A stretch of DNA of 62,040 bases, the filler included, from Sphacelaria rigidula (taxonomy: Eukaryota): NCBI GenBank assembly GCA_964200075.2. It is 7 parts of 7 records of this genome, joined end to end, with 100 filler letters (N's around TTAATTAATTAA, not from the genome) between each part and the next. Parts side by side here need not be neighbours in the genome. Positions count along the whole stretch, not along the records: positions 8,879 to 17,656 come from CAXNAA020010127.1; positions 17,757 to 26,533 come from CAXNAA020010128.1; 5 more parts are not named here. One strand, 5' to 3'. The notes beneath the pieces were generated by a model. That model was not told the origin of the DNA. It searched no databases and saw only the letters and a list, made by a program, of their open reading frames with translations. Positions 11,246-22,850 of the stretch are shown here, piece after piece; position 1 is the first letter of the stretch, and each line of letters starts with the position of its first letter. A program made the translations under genes and the position numbers.

Positions 11246-11630
11246 TAGACCCTGACCTATAAGGCATGCCTTACTTTTTGCCTCAGAGCCCATTTTCAGA
11301 AAGGGGTTGCCTGAGAAGGGGTATGGCGCCTGAGATGCCTTGTTTGGGCGAGGCAAACACATATACTACAAACAAGGATGGAGGTATGGCACACCAACGA
11401 CGACGCCAACTCCAATTAGTCGGGATACCGGGGAGGCCATCTGAGGCAAATCTAAGGCAAATCAAACCCAGATACTAAGGCATCGTAGGTGTGGATTTGA
11501 CTTGTAAGGCATGGAATTGGGTGTCAGGCATGCCTTAGTTGTTGCTTGACCCCCGATTTTTTCGCCTGCGGCGAGCCCTCATCCATTTGTCCTAGGCACG
11601 CCTTCGGCGTGCCTTACCGGTTAAGGTCTA
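11246..11630. mobile_element. hAT-type MITE with 8-bp TSD
   Basis: TIRs tagaccctgacctataaggcatgcc / ggcgtgccttaccggttaaggtcta; perfect TSD CCCGGCGT at 11238-11245 and 11631-11638; internal AGGCA/TGCCT motifs. Confidence 0.9.
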
Positions 11631-11949
11631 CCCGGCGTATGTCCGCTGGCGCAGGCATAGTAACAGGACCTCCCGGCAGAGACGAACCAGTTCCACAGGA
11701 CAATTTTATGCGGACCCTGCGGTCCAACGAACAACAGACAGAGCCGGCATTATATTCATTAACCGGGAGGCGGAGCTTACCCACGGCGAACCTCGGATAA
11801 CGCATGGAAGTATACATATCCAACAATGCAAAACGAAACCCTGGTATTGGCTTCACACCACCCTTTACCGAAAAGTAAAACCACGTCGTTTGGGAGCGTG
11901 TTGCGAGGAAGTTTGGAGGAACGCAGTACGGTGAGCTGTCGTATGACGT

Positions 11950-13050
11950 ATTAATGGCATGACGCGCTTGTGCCTTGAATGACTTTCCGCTGAAAGGTTG
12001 AGTTTTCCGCGTATATACAAATATGGCTGAAAGTTCAGTTGTTTCAACATCTTTTAAACAAAGTTGTGCAACGGTCCTCGGCAAGTTCTGGTTGGCTTCG
12101 GCCATTTTGCATCGCATGTAGATTTTGAAATCAAATTTGCGGGAGAGGGCTATGGCGGCATCTATAACGCGTAAAAATTTGTTGGGGCCTTCAAATACAG
12201 ACCGTCGCTGAACCTGGGACGGGCACTGTGTATGTTGCATTGGTGGCATGATGCCGTTGTGCTTTGAATAGCTTTCCGCCGAAAGGTTGTTGAAATTTCC
12301 GCGGATGTACACATATGACTGAAAGTTCAGTTGTTTCGGCATCTTTGAAATAGAGTTGTGCAACGATCCTCGGCAGATTCTGGTCGGATTCGGTCACTTT
12401 GCATCGCATGTAGACTTTGACTCCTCAAATGAGCCAAATTTTGTGTGAGAGGGCTATGGCGGCATCACTCACACGTAAAAATGTGTTGGGGCCTCCAAAT
12501 ACAGACCGCCGCTGAACCTGTGGTGGGCATTGTGTGTAGTGCATTGGTGGTGTAATGGGGTTAGGCCGGGTGTATGGTAAACACGCCTTACTGGCAAGGC
12601 AGGAGGACCAAACAAGAGGTCTGACACACCGGCTGAGAGGCAAAAAACAATTATTCTGTAGCGTACCAGACGACGCTGACAGTGTTCTGTATCTGAGGTA
12701 TCAAAGTCAGTTTCACGCGTAGGTATGATAGTAGATCTTCTTTATTGCTTAATTCCTCGATCTCCCTAGTACTCTCAGTGCTCAATCTCTCCCGCTTAAT
12801 CAAATAGTCCACCGAACATTGGAGAGTCTCCTCGTCAGGATGAAGCGTTTTGATCACCAAAGGCGGTCCCATCGACTATCATCCCTCGCTATATACGAGT
12901 TTATACTGAACTCTGAACAGACCTGCAGTCTTCAAATAGCCTGAAATACCATGCAATCTAGCTAGACCCATCCACGGGTCTGAGGCGGCATGAAAACAGG
13001 ATAATATGGTCCTCATGACAGTGGCATGACGCACTGGTGCTTTTAACAGT
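11950..13050. repeat. Tandem repeat with ~290-305-bp unit (two units plus the start of a third)
   Basis: Units start tggcatga at ~11955, ~12244 and, after the LTR, 13022; interiors alignable. Confidence 0.8.
12551..13020 (-). mobile_element. Solo LTR with 4-bp TSD GTGG
   Basis: TGTAATGGGG...CCTCATGACA termini; GTGG on both flanks; excision restores gcattggtggcatga of the host tandem unit. Strand is tentative. Confidence 0.8.
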
Positions 13051-13186
13051 TTTCAAATGACTCCTCAAACCAGCCATCTTGAAGTGTATATTGTATATGC
13101 ATGTTCCCACTACAGAGAAGTTTGTCCGCAGTCGTCTTTATTTGAGATTACGCAATTTTGCAATACAGAGATGTTCGTCTGCAGTC

Positions 13187-13870
13187 GTCTTCATTTGAGA
13201 GTGTTGAAGACTACGTATGCATGTATCACGAATGCATGTGTTAAATACTGCCGTCGCCGTGACGGGGTGTGTGTACACACACAGCAGCAGCACAGCCCAC
13301 ACACACACGCACACACACAGGCCGGGCCACGAAGCATCACTCACACGTAAAAATGTGTTGGAGCTTTGCTTGAAATGTGTTGTGACCTTGCTTGAATCTT
13401 GCTTGAAATGTGTTGCAGCCTCGCTTTAATGTGTTAGAGCCTTGCTTAAAATGTGTTGGCACCTTCAAAATAAGGACATCTGAAAAAAAGCGAGGAGGGT
13501 GGATTGAAAATTGGTACTGTAGACTCTGGAATATTAGACAGCGTATTGTGAATACTGTTCAGTCTTCATTTGAGAGTGTTGAAGACTACATATGCATGTG
13601 TTACGTATGCGTGTCTTACGTACTGTCGTCGCCGTGACGGGGCGTGTGTACATACACACAGCAGCAGCACAGCCCACACACACGCACACACGCACATACA
13701 CAGGCGGGGCCACGAAGCATCACTCACACGTAGAAATGTGTTGGTGCTTTGCTTGAAATGTCTTGGGGCCTTCAAATAAAGACACGTGAAAAAAAGTGAG
13801 AGTGGATTGATTAATGGTACCATAGAATCCGGAATATTAGTCAGAGAGCGCATTGTAAATACTGTTCAGA
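13187..13870. repeat. Tandem duplication of a ~300-375-bp CA-rich unit
   Basis: gtcttcatttgagagtgttgaagactac at 13187 and 13562; internal gcttgaaatgtgttg sub-repeats. Confidence 0.85.
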
Positions 13871-14663
13871 GAAAGACCCTCTTGTCTATCCCGTCTCCCG
13901 CCATGCTCGAACTCTGCTCTCTCAGCGCGCTTGCCGTACTACCGTACCACTGATCATCCGATCCCGCGAGGGACGCAAGCAAGCCGGTAAACTTTGTTTC
14001 GCATGTATCAATTACTCTCGTGCGCTGTAGCTTGCCTCACCATATCGACTGTTCTGCGATACGGACGCGAAGCGACCGACATGACAAGCTACCTTTCTTT
14101 GTTCGTAGTTAGCTGTCATTTTGACACCCCATTCTCGAACCCCCGCGGGAGCAACCACCCGACAGTTAGATGACACAGCGTTCGACAGCAGCGCACTACG
14201 CTTGTTCGTCACATTGTTGACGACATAGTTTTCTTGTACAAGCGTACATCGCCCTGCGTTCTTCTGCGTTCTAGCAGCGCACGCACGTCGGACCCCCCGT
14301 TGCCCGATGGATGTCAAGGCTAGATGGCGGTGGCTTGTGACGCTAACAACAAACACGGGATTGGTGTGTACAGATGCAGTGAGTTGTATCGGTACAGTCC
14401 AGAATGCGGGGTTTTCAAATTCGTGTATTACACAAACAACTTGACTGTTAGACACTGATCATCGCTCGGCTTGCTTGTGCGGAGTGATTGAGAAGAGTGA
14501 CAGCTTTCTCCTTCACAGCCAGAGCGTGTTGTAAATACTGTTTGGAGAATGATGATTTTGGCTTGGATTGAGTATGAATTCTGCGGACATGCTTGTATTG
14601 ATATCAGTATGGGGCAGAGATTTATTTACGCCATTAATACATTTGATACATTTGATGTAAACG

Positions 14664-17277
14664 CTATAGGCTTGTCTGGATTCAGAACAAGGTCTCAGTG
14701 CTTGCGCCAAAGGCTTTGTCCCCAGTAGGGCTTCAGAGACTTCAAGAAGGATCAGTTATACAAACAGCTGTCTTCGTTTAATCGGAAGTGACATTTGCAC
14801 CTCGCACACATGTCATATGTCACGCAGTCATAGTCATTCTCCAGAGAATACCCCGTGACCAAGTGTCATGTAAAATCTCATATCCATACCCTGTCCTGTA
14901 CCAGCAGACAGGATATCATGCATCTGCACGTGTACTTGAGGGGGACTACTCTACAGCACCCCCAAAACTCCGCACTACTCGAAGTAGAAAGCGAGTTTGA
15001 CAAACAGTGGACACTGACAATCACGTCCAAGCCACCTTTGCCCGCTAGGTAGTGACACACGACCATACAATGTCATGCGCCACAACAGAAAATGATAATT
15101 TGCGCAACCCTGAACATCGACACTCGAAGACAACATCTCAATCGAACTCAGTGAAGGCAATCGCTTAATGGTAATTGCCAGTCATAGCACACTCACACAA
15201 AGCAAACGCTTCAGGTATAATACCATCTCAATCAGTAGCATTCGAAAATAGCATGCACTCAAAGCTTGATACGGTACTGTTCGCCTGACACCATGTACAT
15301 CAACAGCATGTTGTAGCGAAGATCCACACATGCATGGCAGAATTTGGCGCAGCATATGCACTGAAATCTCCGTCTCAAACACCGTTCATCATGCGCTAAC
15401 CAAAGCAACCCAACGCACAAATACAAAAACATGCACGTGCATACTGGCATATCACCCGGCATACGCAATACGGTCATACTCATTCGACCGCCATGCCTCA
15501 TGCGCAAACAGCAGTATATACAAGACTACAGATAGTCGTACCCAAACGATTCAAGAACGTTGTTTTCTTGTGTTTCATCAGTCGTAATCTCAACAAGCAC
15601 TCAATCACACCAGCACTTGCTCCCCAGCATCATCCAATTCGGCGCTCACCACCAGCCAGCACCTCAAGTAATGCCTTCCGTGTAGTCTTCCAGCCAACTC
15701 CAGAAAAACAGCAGCACTCGGACCACAAAGTCATAAGCCTGAAGCTCGCTCTGCCTTCCCCTGCACGCGGGTCACGCCGCCCTGCTGCTTCGAGCATGCA
15801 CAATGTGGCCACAGCCACACGCTGCTCCGCCGGCAACTCCGCCAACTCGGCATCCACCTCTCCTTCAAGCAGACACCCCTGCAAATCATCTCAACTATCT
15901 CCCGCCATATCGTTAACGCAGACCGATTCGCCATGACCATGGTGAGCCCCAAGCTCGCTCTGCTCGTTCGTATTACGCGAATAACATCCCCCTGAAGCTT
16001 CGAGCATGCAAAGGCGTGTCCTCAGCTACACACTGGTCATTGACCGCACGTCGATCACGCGGATCCACATCCGCCAACTTGGGTTCCAACTCTCCTTGAA
16101 GCAGATATTCGTTGGGAGTAGTACTTTCTCCCGCCGTTTCACGGTGGCAGATAGGATCGACATAAGCATCGCGAGCTCCGGGCTTGCGCTGCGCTCTTGT
16201 ATGATCGACCATATGACAATCTCGATCCCATCAGTGCTAACTGACTCGGGCTCTGGGCTTGCGCTGCGCTCTAGTATCATCGCACATATGACACGCGCGG
16301 TCTCACCAGTGCCAACAGACTCGGGTCACTGCACTTGTTTTGGGCGTGCTACTTTGCCCATCATCGGATACAGTAGTCGCGGCGCGCCGGCTACCCGCCG
16401 TCGACAGTTTCTTCGATCCTTTCAAACCCATCTCCTTGTTCTTGAGCGTTGCCATGTCCGAGCATTTGTTTTAGCCGCCTCTCGATGACAGGAAGAGCAG
16501 CTCCGCCCGTTAACCAAGGCGAGCTTTGAGACCACAGCACCTCTTATATACGTATTTCTCACCACAATTTGAGGGCTTTCTTAGACTCCTTGCCTGATGC
16601 CATCTTTAATGGCTTCCTGCACCTGTTCACCGTCGCGTCTCTCCCCCCTGTTCTTCAACGAGCGTCCTCGCCTTTTTAGGGTTCAGGGAATCCGTTCAGA
16701 AACCACAGTTTTCCCGAAAAAACGTTTACTATAGACTTATCTGGATTCGGAACAAGGTCTCAGTGCTTGCTCCAAAGGCTTCGTCCCCAGCAGGGCTTCA
16801 GGTATTTCAAGAAAGCGCAGTTATACAAACAGTTGTCTTCGTTAAACCGGAAGTGACCTTTGCACCTCGCACACATGCCATATGTCACGCAGTCATAGTC
16901 ATGCTCCGGAGAATCCCCCATGACCAAGAGCATTGCTACGATAGGGGTTGCATTTTTTGTTTCTAGGCCTCGTTTTTGTAGGAGCCCAAATATATGGGGC
17001 TTACTGTGTAACCCAAATCTCCGGGGACAGGACATGGAAATGCACACAGGGGCCTTTTCGTGAATCGGCATCATTTTCAGTCTTTTTCAAGTGAAAATGA
17101 TGCCAATTCGCAAAATGATCCGTGCAACACCCCGAGAAATATTTTCGCTCAAAAAATGCAACCCTATCGTAGCATCACTCCCAAGTGTCATGTAAAATTT
17201 CATATTCATATCCTGTCCTGTACCAAGAGACAGGATATCATGCATCTGCACGTGTACGGGAGGTGGACTACTCTACA
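14664..17277. repeat. Direct repeats of ~290 bp (14664-14955 and 16729-17277, the latter carrying a MITE) around decayed coding-like DNA
   Basis: The two copies align throughout once 16928-17184 is removed. Confidence 0.85.
16928..17180. mobile_element. MITE with family A-type TIRs and a different interior; TSD CCAA
   Basis: gagcattgctacgatagggg / ccctatcgtagcatcactc; CCAA on both sides; empty site at 14859-14862. Confidence 0.93.
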
Positions 17278-17761
17278 ACGCCGACAGGCGGGCTTGCCTG
17301 TACTGAACGTTTCACCTACAACAACGGTGTACTGTATGCTGGGGCAAATCTGTACCTGAACAATCTCAATAGTCCACTGGTAGTGTAGCACAATGTGCAC
17401 ATCATGGCTGCCTTCTGTCTTCGCCCTCGAAGGCTGCCTGCTGGTGCTACTTGAAGCTAATACATGTCATAATACTTCATTGTGTCTGCGTCACAACAGT
17501 CCACGATCTATTGATATTGTTTTACTCCCCTTGCACTGTGACTGAACAATCCACAGACGTAGCGGTGGTTGCCTACTTGTATGTCATAACTAACAACAAA
17601 TTGTGAGAATTGAGGTTTAACTTCGAGATGAGGCTCAATCCTAAAACAGTGCTTTCNNNNNNNNNNNNNNNNNNNNNNNNNNNNNNNNNNNNNNNNNNNN
17701 TTAATTAATTAANNNNNNNNNNNNNNNNNNNNNNNNNNNNNNNNNNNNNNNNNNNNCCGCG

Positions 17762-19202
17762 GTGTGTAGGTCGGTGTATGAAATGATGGGTGCGGTAAAG
17801 CGGTTCACAAGCTCGTATCACCCCCAGACGAATGGGATGGTGGAGCGGTTGAATCACACTTTGTGTCAAATGCTGTCGTTTTTGGTGGTGGACGATCAGA
17901 GCAACTGGGATGAGTCTCTAATGCATGCAATCTCAGCATACAACAATAACATCAGTAGGGGTACAGGGTTGTCTCCAAATGAGGTACAATTTGGACGCTA
18001 CCCGCGCATGCCCATGGCCATTCTGGAGGGTAGGAGGGTGCGGGGGCACCAGGGTTTGAAGGCCGATGAGCTGGATTCTCTTCAGCTGATGAGAGATCGG
18101 CAGGTAAAGGCGTACGAGTTGGTGAGGCAAGAAGATTTCTTGATCAAAGCAAAACATGAAGCCAAGAACCAGGGTATTGAGGAAATGGCAAACCGCCGGC
18201 CAAAATGGCAAGCGGGCCAGTGGGTATTTGTTTATGACGACAAAAGCACCATCGCCTCGGGGGGTAAGGCGGTGCAGGTGACGTCGGGTACCGCCCGGAC
18301 GTCTTTGGCTTTGTCAGCGAAGCTGGCTCAGTGTTGGACGGGGCCGTACAAACTTTTATTGGTTGGACCGGGGCTAACCTCGGAGGGTGAACAGGTGGGC
18401 AGTAATCTACTTTTGTTGGAGGTTCGGCGAAACGAGCCAGGGATCAACACGAATTCCAGGGTGTCAGTGGCGGGGTGTAGGAGGTGTTACAACCCCCATG
18501 AGGGGCCGGACAAACCGAGATTTCTGCCCTGGGGGCTCAGTCAATACGTGACGAACAAATATTCTGAACGGTCGCCTCCCCTGCATCTCACGGCGGAAGA
18601 CGTCACGATGGAGTTGGATACTCACAGAATTTTTGCCGGATAAATTGGTGAAACACAGGTTGTCTCGGGGTTTGGGTGGTGAGCAGGCGGTACAATACCT
18701 CACGTATTGGGGCGGCTTGGATGTTCCTAGGTGGGAGCATGAAACTGACCTTGAACAGTACGGCCGGCAGGTAATTTTCAAGTATTGGTCGGGCGAACCC
18801 ACGCAGGTTGAAGGGGACAATGCGCAATACCGGAAATACCGCATTCATTTGTCGCGGCGCATATCAGCGCACGAACGGGACGAATATTACGTGGCGCCGG
18901 GTTATAAGGTGTCGGAACGGCGGAAGGATGGACCCGATGTGTACAACCCTGACATTGTAGGCGCTTACGTGTATTTCAAAACGGCTTCCGCAGGTTGGTA
19001 GTTGTCCGAGGTGGTGGGACTCGAGGAGAACCCAGGTCAGCGGGAGCATCCGCACACTCTCCGCATGATGGGTTTGGGGCGGAAATACGCGGTACATCTG
19101 AAGTGGGCCGCCCTCGATGAGAGCCGTGATCAACCGGGGGACTGGTGTTGGCATATTCACATGCTGCGGAAAACCGCTAAATATTTGGCGCATGGCTGGT
19201 GA
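17762..19202 (+). pseudogene. Gypsy (Ty3) integrase C-terminal half with chromodomain-like and additional domain
   Basis: TSSYHPQTNGMVERLNHTL core, KLAQCWTGPY (GPY/F motif), QYLTYWGGLDVPRWEHETDL chromo-like motif; frameshift ~18630 and TAG at 18999. Confidence 0.9.
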
Positions 19203-19375
19203 ATGGGCAGGGATTTTGTTTGGTGCTGAAACTGGGGTGGGCACATTCCATGCGGCGGAACCGTCAAATAATCCGCGCATGTGGGTGACAGGGCTGGAAT
19301 GAATCGAGGTGGAGCTAGACGTGGCGGACGTGCGACTTTGATGTTGGGATAAGGGCAATCATGGAGGGGGGCGGC

Positions 19376-19713
19376 TATCCGGAGCGCGGCGACAACAGCT
19401 GTTTGGAGCGCCGCGAAGCTGCATGAAAGACCGAGCAGCAGGACGACGCGAATGAGTGATGTAATGGCTGGAGCTCGGAGAAATGTTGACTCATGTCCTT
19501 TTGTGGTTTTTTGCGTGGAACATTTCTTGGGTTGATTGAAATTTGGAGCCGGAGCTACCGCTGCTTTACCGATTTCCCCACTCATTGCGATCGGTTGTGT
19601 CCGGAGGTGGTGACTCTGGAAACTCGTAGAGTCACGACATGTTTCTTCTGTTTTCGGAATGTCGTTATTTGTCCTTGTCTTGGTTTTGTGTTGTCTCATG
19701 TAGGATCTAGACA
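19376..19713 (+). mobile_element. Probable LTR following a polypurine tract
   Basis: GGAGGGGGG at 19363-19371 after the pol end; imperfect inverted ends tatccggagc / gatctagaca; followed by gtgataccgaa (PBS-like). Confidence 0.45.
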
Positions 19714-20324
19714 GTGATACCGAACTCTCGTCGAGTGTTTCCTGCTGGTTTTATCTTTCTCGCAATGGTTGGATATCGAGCCGGAGCGGTTATCTCCGTC
19801 GATTTCCCACTCCTTGGAGGCGGACGTATTCGGAGTCAGTCGATGTTCGGGGTTGGGTGTCTTTCTTAGTTACAGGGAATGTACAAACAAGCGAGTCGGG
19901 GGTTAATAACTGAGCCCGTTCCGGTCTATGTTGTTTGCACAAAGTGAGGTCCGGCTATGACCAAACTTTGTGTTCACAGGATAGGCTGATGTGGTGAGCT
20001 CAGATTTCAGTGGATTATTAGATAAAAACATAGCTGGTAAAATACAGTGATGTGGTTCTAAGGGGGTGTTATCAGAGTTATAGTGGAGTATGACTGCAGT
20101 ACCGCACTGGGGAGTCTTTGACACGTTTGTAGAGGGTTGACACAGACAGGTTTGAGGTTGATACAGACAGGGTGATGCAGGAGAATCGCACAGACTGTGT
20201 TGATGTGGATGCGAGAGGGCCAAGAGTCTGGAATATATCCTTCGGCTAGGACTATCTGATTGGACACTAGGGGACGGTTGGGGGACGAATAGAGTAGCCA
20301 GAACTGTCGACATAGCGGATAGAA

Positions 20325-20961
20325 TGTGACGACCAGGTGCGGTGCATCTCCTCGTGGTGTTTTGGAGTGTGCCGTGCAGAGTTTTGGGCACGCCTCACCC
20401 CCTTTCAGTTCTCACCATCCCCACAACAACAGGGTTTTGGTTCCCTGCAAGCAGTCTAGGCGCTACGAAAGATATATAAATCTCTACACTACTCAAGTTT
20501 TGGCTACTTTCCTCCTGCAACTGCACCTATCTACAACGAGATATCCTCGGCTACCACCACTGCATCCCTCCTCAGCTCCGAATGTAGTCCCACAACTGAA
20601 ACGTAGATACAAGAATCTACACGCGAGAAGTGGTAACCTCCGTGCTCTAGAGTAAAATTCAGGTTCCTTAGAATGACGTGCTTTTGTTCCGGACACTACA
20701 GGTCTGTTCAGAGTTGGTCGGATACGAATGTAAACCTGTATAATCACAGGGATGATACGGGCTTTGTTCGCTGTAGCCACGAATAAAACCCCCCTCATGA
20801 GCACTATCAACTGCTCCCCTCTGCTAGCCAGCAAAAGGAAGTCTAACCATCGGTGAGAGATATTGGCTGGTCTGGGTTGGATTGATTGAGTGGGTATCGG
20901 AGTTAGAATCAAGATGATTAAGAGAGAAGTGAAGAACCTATTGCGTGCACCTCGGCTGATA
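20325..20961 (+). mobile_element. Possible 5' LTR of the element encoding the long Gag
   Basis: TGTGAC start, TATATAAA ~20473, AATAAA ~20782, TGG-initiated PBS-like sequence at 20964, then a long pyrimidine-rich leader. Confidence 0.35.
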
Positions 20962-22850
20962 TTTGGATACTGAGCAGCTTACGCGGTATCTACAAGTTGT
21001 AACAGCCTGACGGTTGTACGCTTGCCTGCCAAGCTTGTGCCTTGGGTTGCAAGCTGTGTCCTTGCATTATACTGCTGCTTGCTCTTTATCACATTGGCGT
21101 TTGACTCAGGAGCTTCTTTTTTATCTATTGCGTTTCTTTCTTGTACCGATTTGTATCCCTGGCTGCCAGCTGTGTACTCCCCTTTTGATTATTTGCCCCT
21201 TTCCTTTCGGCGTTGTGGTCAAACCTACCGCGAGGTAGCCAGTAGTTCTCGAGCTTCTGCCCCGTGTGTCCCTCGGATATGGATTCGTGCCCTGCTACTT
21301 GCAATTGCTGTAGCGTTCGACGCCACATCTTGCGTGGTCAACGCGCACTGCTTGCTGTTCTTGCCATGCTGTCAATTTGACATCACCTGCACAAGGCCCA
21401 ACGATATCAGTCCCGCCTGCACGACTTTTGAATCTTTTCTTGATTCAACAGCCCGGCGCGACCCCCTCACAAAGCCATCGTTGGCTCGTGTATTTGGCCT
21501 TGTGGCCCCCTTTCCTTCTGCAGAATAAGTGTTCTACTACAGGTTTGTACAGAACACCAGTGCACAAAGGCGCACTATTCTTCATAGCCAGCCGCTGTTC
21601 CTGACCCGAGCTCCTGCCAAGCTGGCACGCTACTGCTCTTATTTTTCAGAATCGATTGTACGCGACTGTTGTATCTTTCCTTCACGAAATTACTGAAGTA
21701 AGTACAGACCGTGTTCACACAGTGTGATAACGGACGTCTGTACAGAACTTTGGATTGTTCCGGCACTTTACCTTCGTTGCTCGAGCGACCTCGTTGTTGT
21801 CGTAGCTTTAGCTTCGTTGCTTGTGGCTAATTTGTTTTTGTTGTCCTCTTATGTACTTCGCACAGCCGTAAGGCAACGCGGTACATCACCGTGGTAAGTA
21901 GCAATACACAGCATAACGTACTGTGAGTTTTTTCTCCTTTGAAAACTTCTCGAACAAACAACTTTATTGTTCCAAGACGGTTTCGTTGAAATACTACTAG
22001 TTGAAACATATCAACCTCCGTTACGTGCTCATTTGAACAGACAGCACTCGAAATCCGTGCCCCTTGCCTGTGCACTACAAATATTTCGGCACCCGCTCCC
22101 AGCGTCGCCCCTGTTGTTCATCACATCACCTTTGTTCCACATACATACGTTGTCTCAACTTCGTTGGGTAACAAGCCTTCGCTCTGCACTACGCAGTCCG
22201 AGTTCGCGGTCTACAACCGAAGCTTTGTAAACGCTTTTGTGCTGCCTTGCGCTGCACAGTTTTCGTGCGCATCTGAGAAATTATATTTATATCTTTGGTC
22301 CTTTTCATTTGCACATCGCCAGTCGTTCCTCAACTTGTGCCGGGATCATACAGTTATAGTCTACCCGTGACGCTACATCCGGAACACGTGTAAGTTGTTC
22401 TTCCACGTATCAGCGCTGCTACAGACACTCGGGTCTTCGCTTGTCTTCGGCGATATACGCCTGTTCTGCGCACAATCCAGTGCTAGCTAATATCGCCACA
22501 ACCTCAATAAAGTTGTATTAATCAGACCCGGACACAGTTGTTACAAAGCGCAATTCGCTTGAATATATTACTCAAGTAAATCAGGTCCTGCGGTCCCCTC
22601 AGGCACTATTAGCCTTCACTATCCAGTATTTTCCGGATCAAGCTTCGGCTTCTGCACGTAGCATCACCTCGTGTCACGCTCCTTTGATTAGAGCCGCAGA
22701 CCAGACATACTGCACCTTCCTTTTTAAGCACAAAGTCCACGTACACTCATCACGTCGCACAAAAATAACGCTGGCTCTTCCTCTCAATTGGGAACCCAAC
22801 CGCTTCGCCGGACCCGGAGTCAAACTACTGGCGGTTCAAAATCTTTCAAG

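Noticed and set aside
11614..12363. 249-aa minus-strand ORF
   Set aside because: It runs through a tandem repeat whose second copy is frameshifted; no recognisable domain.
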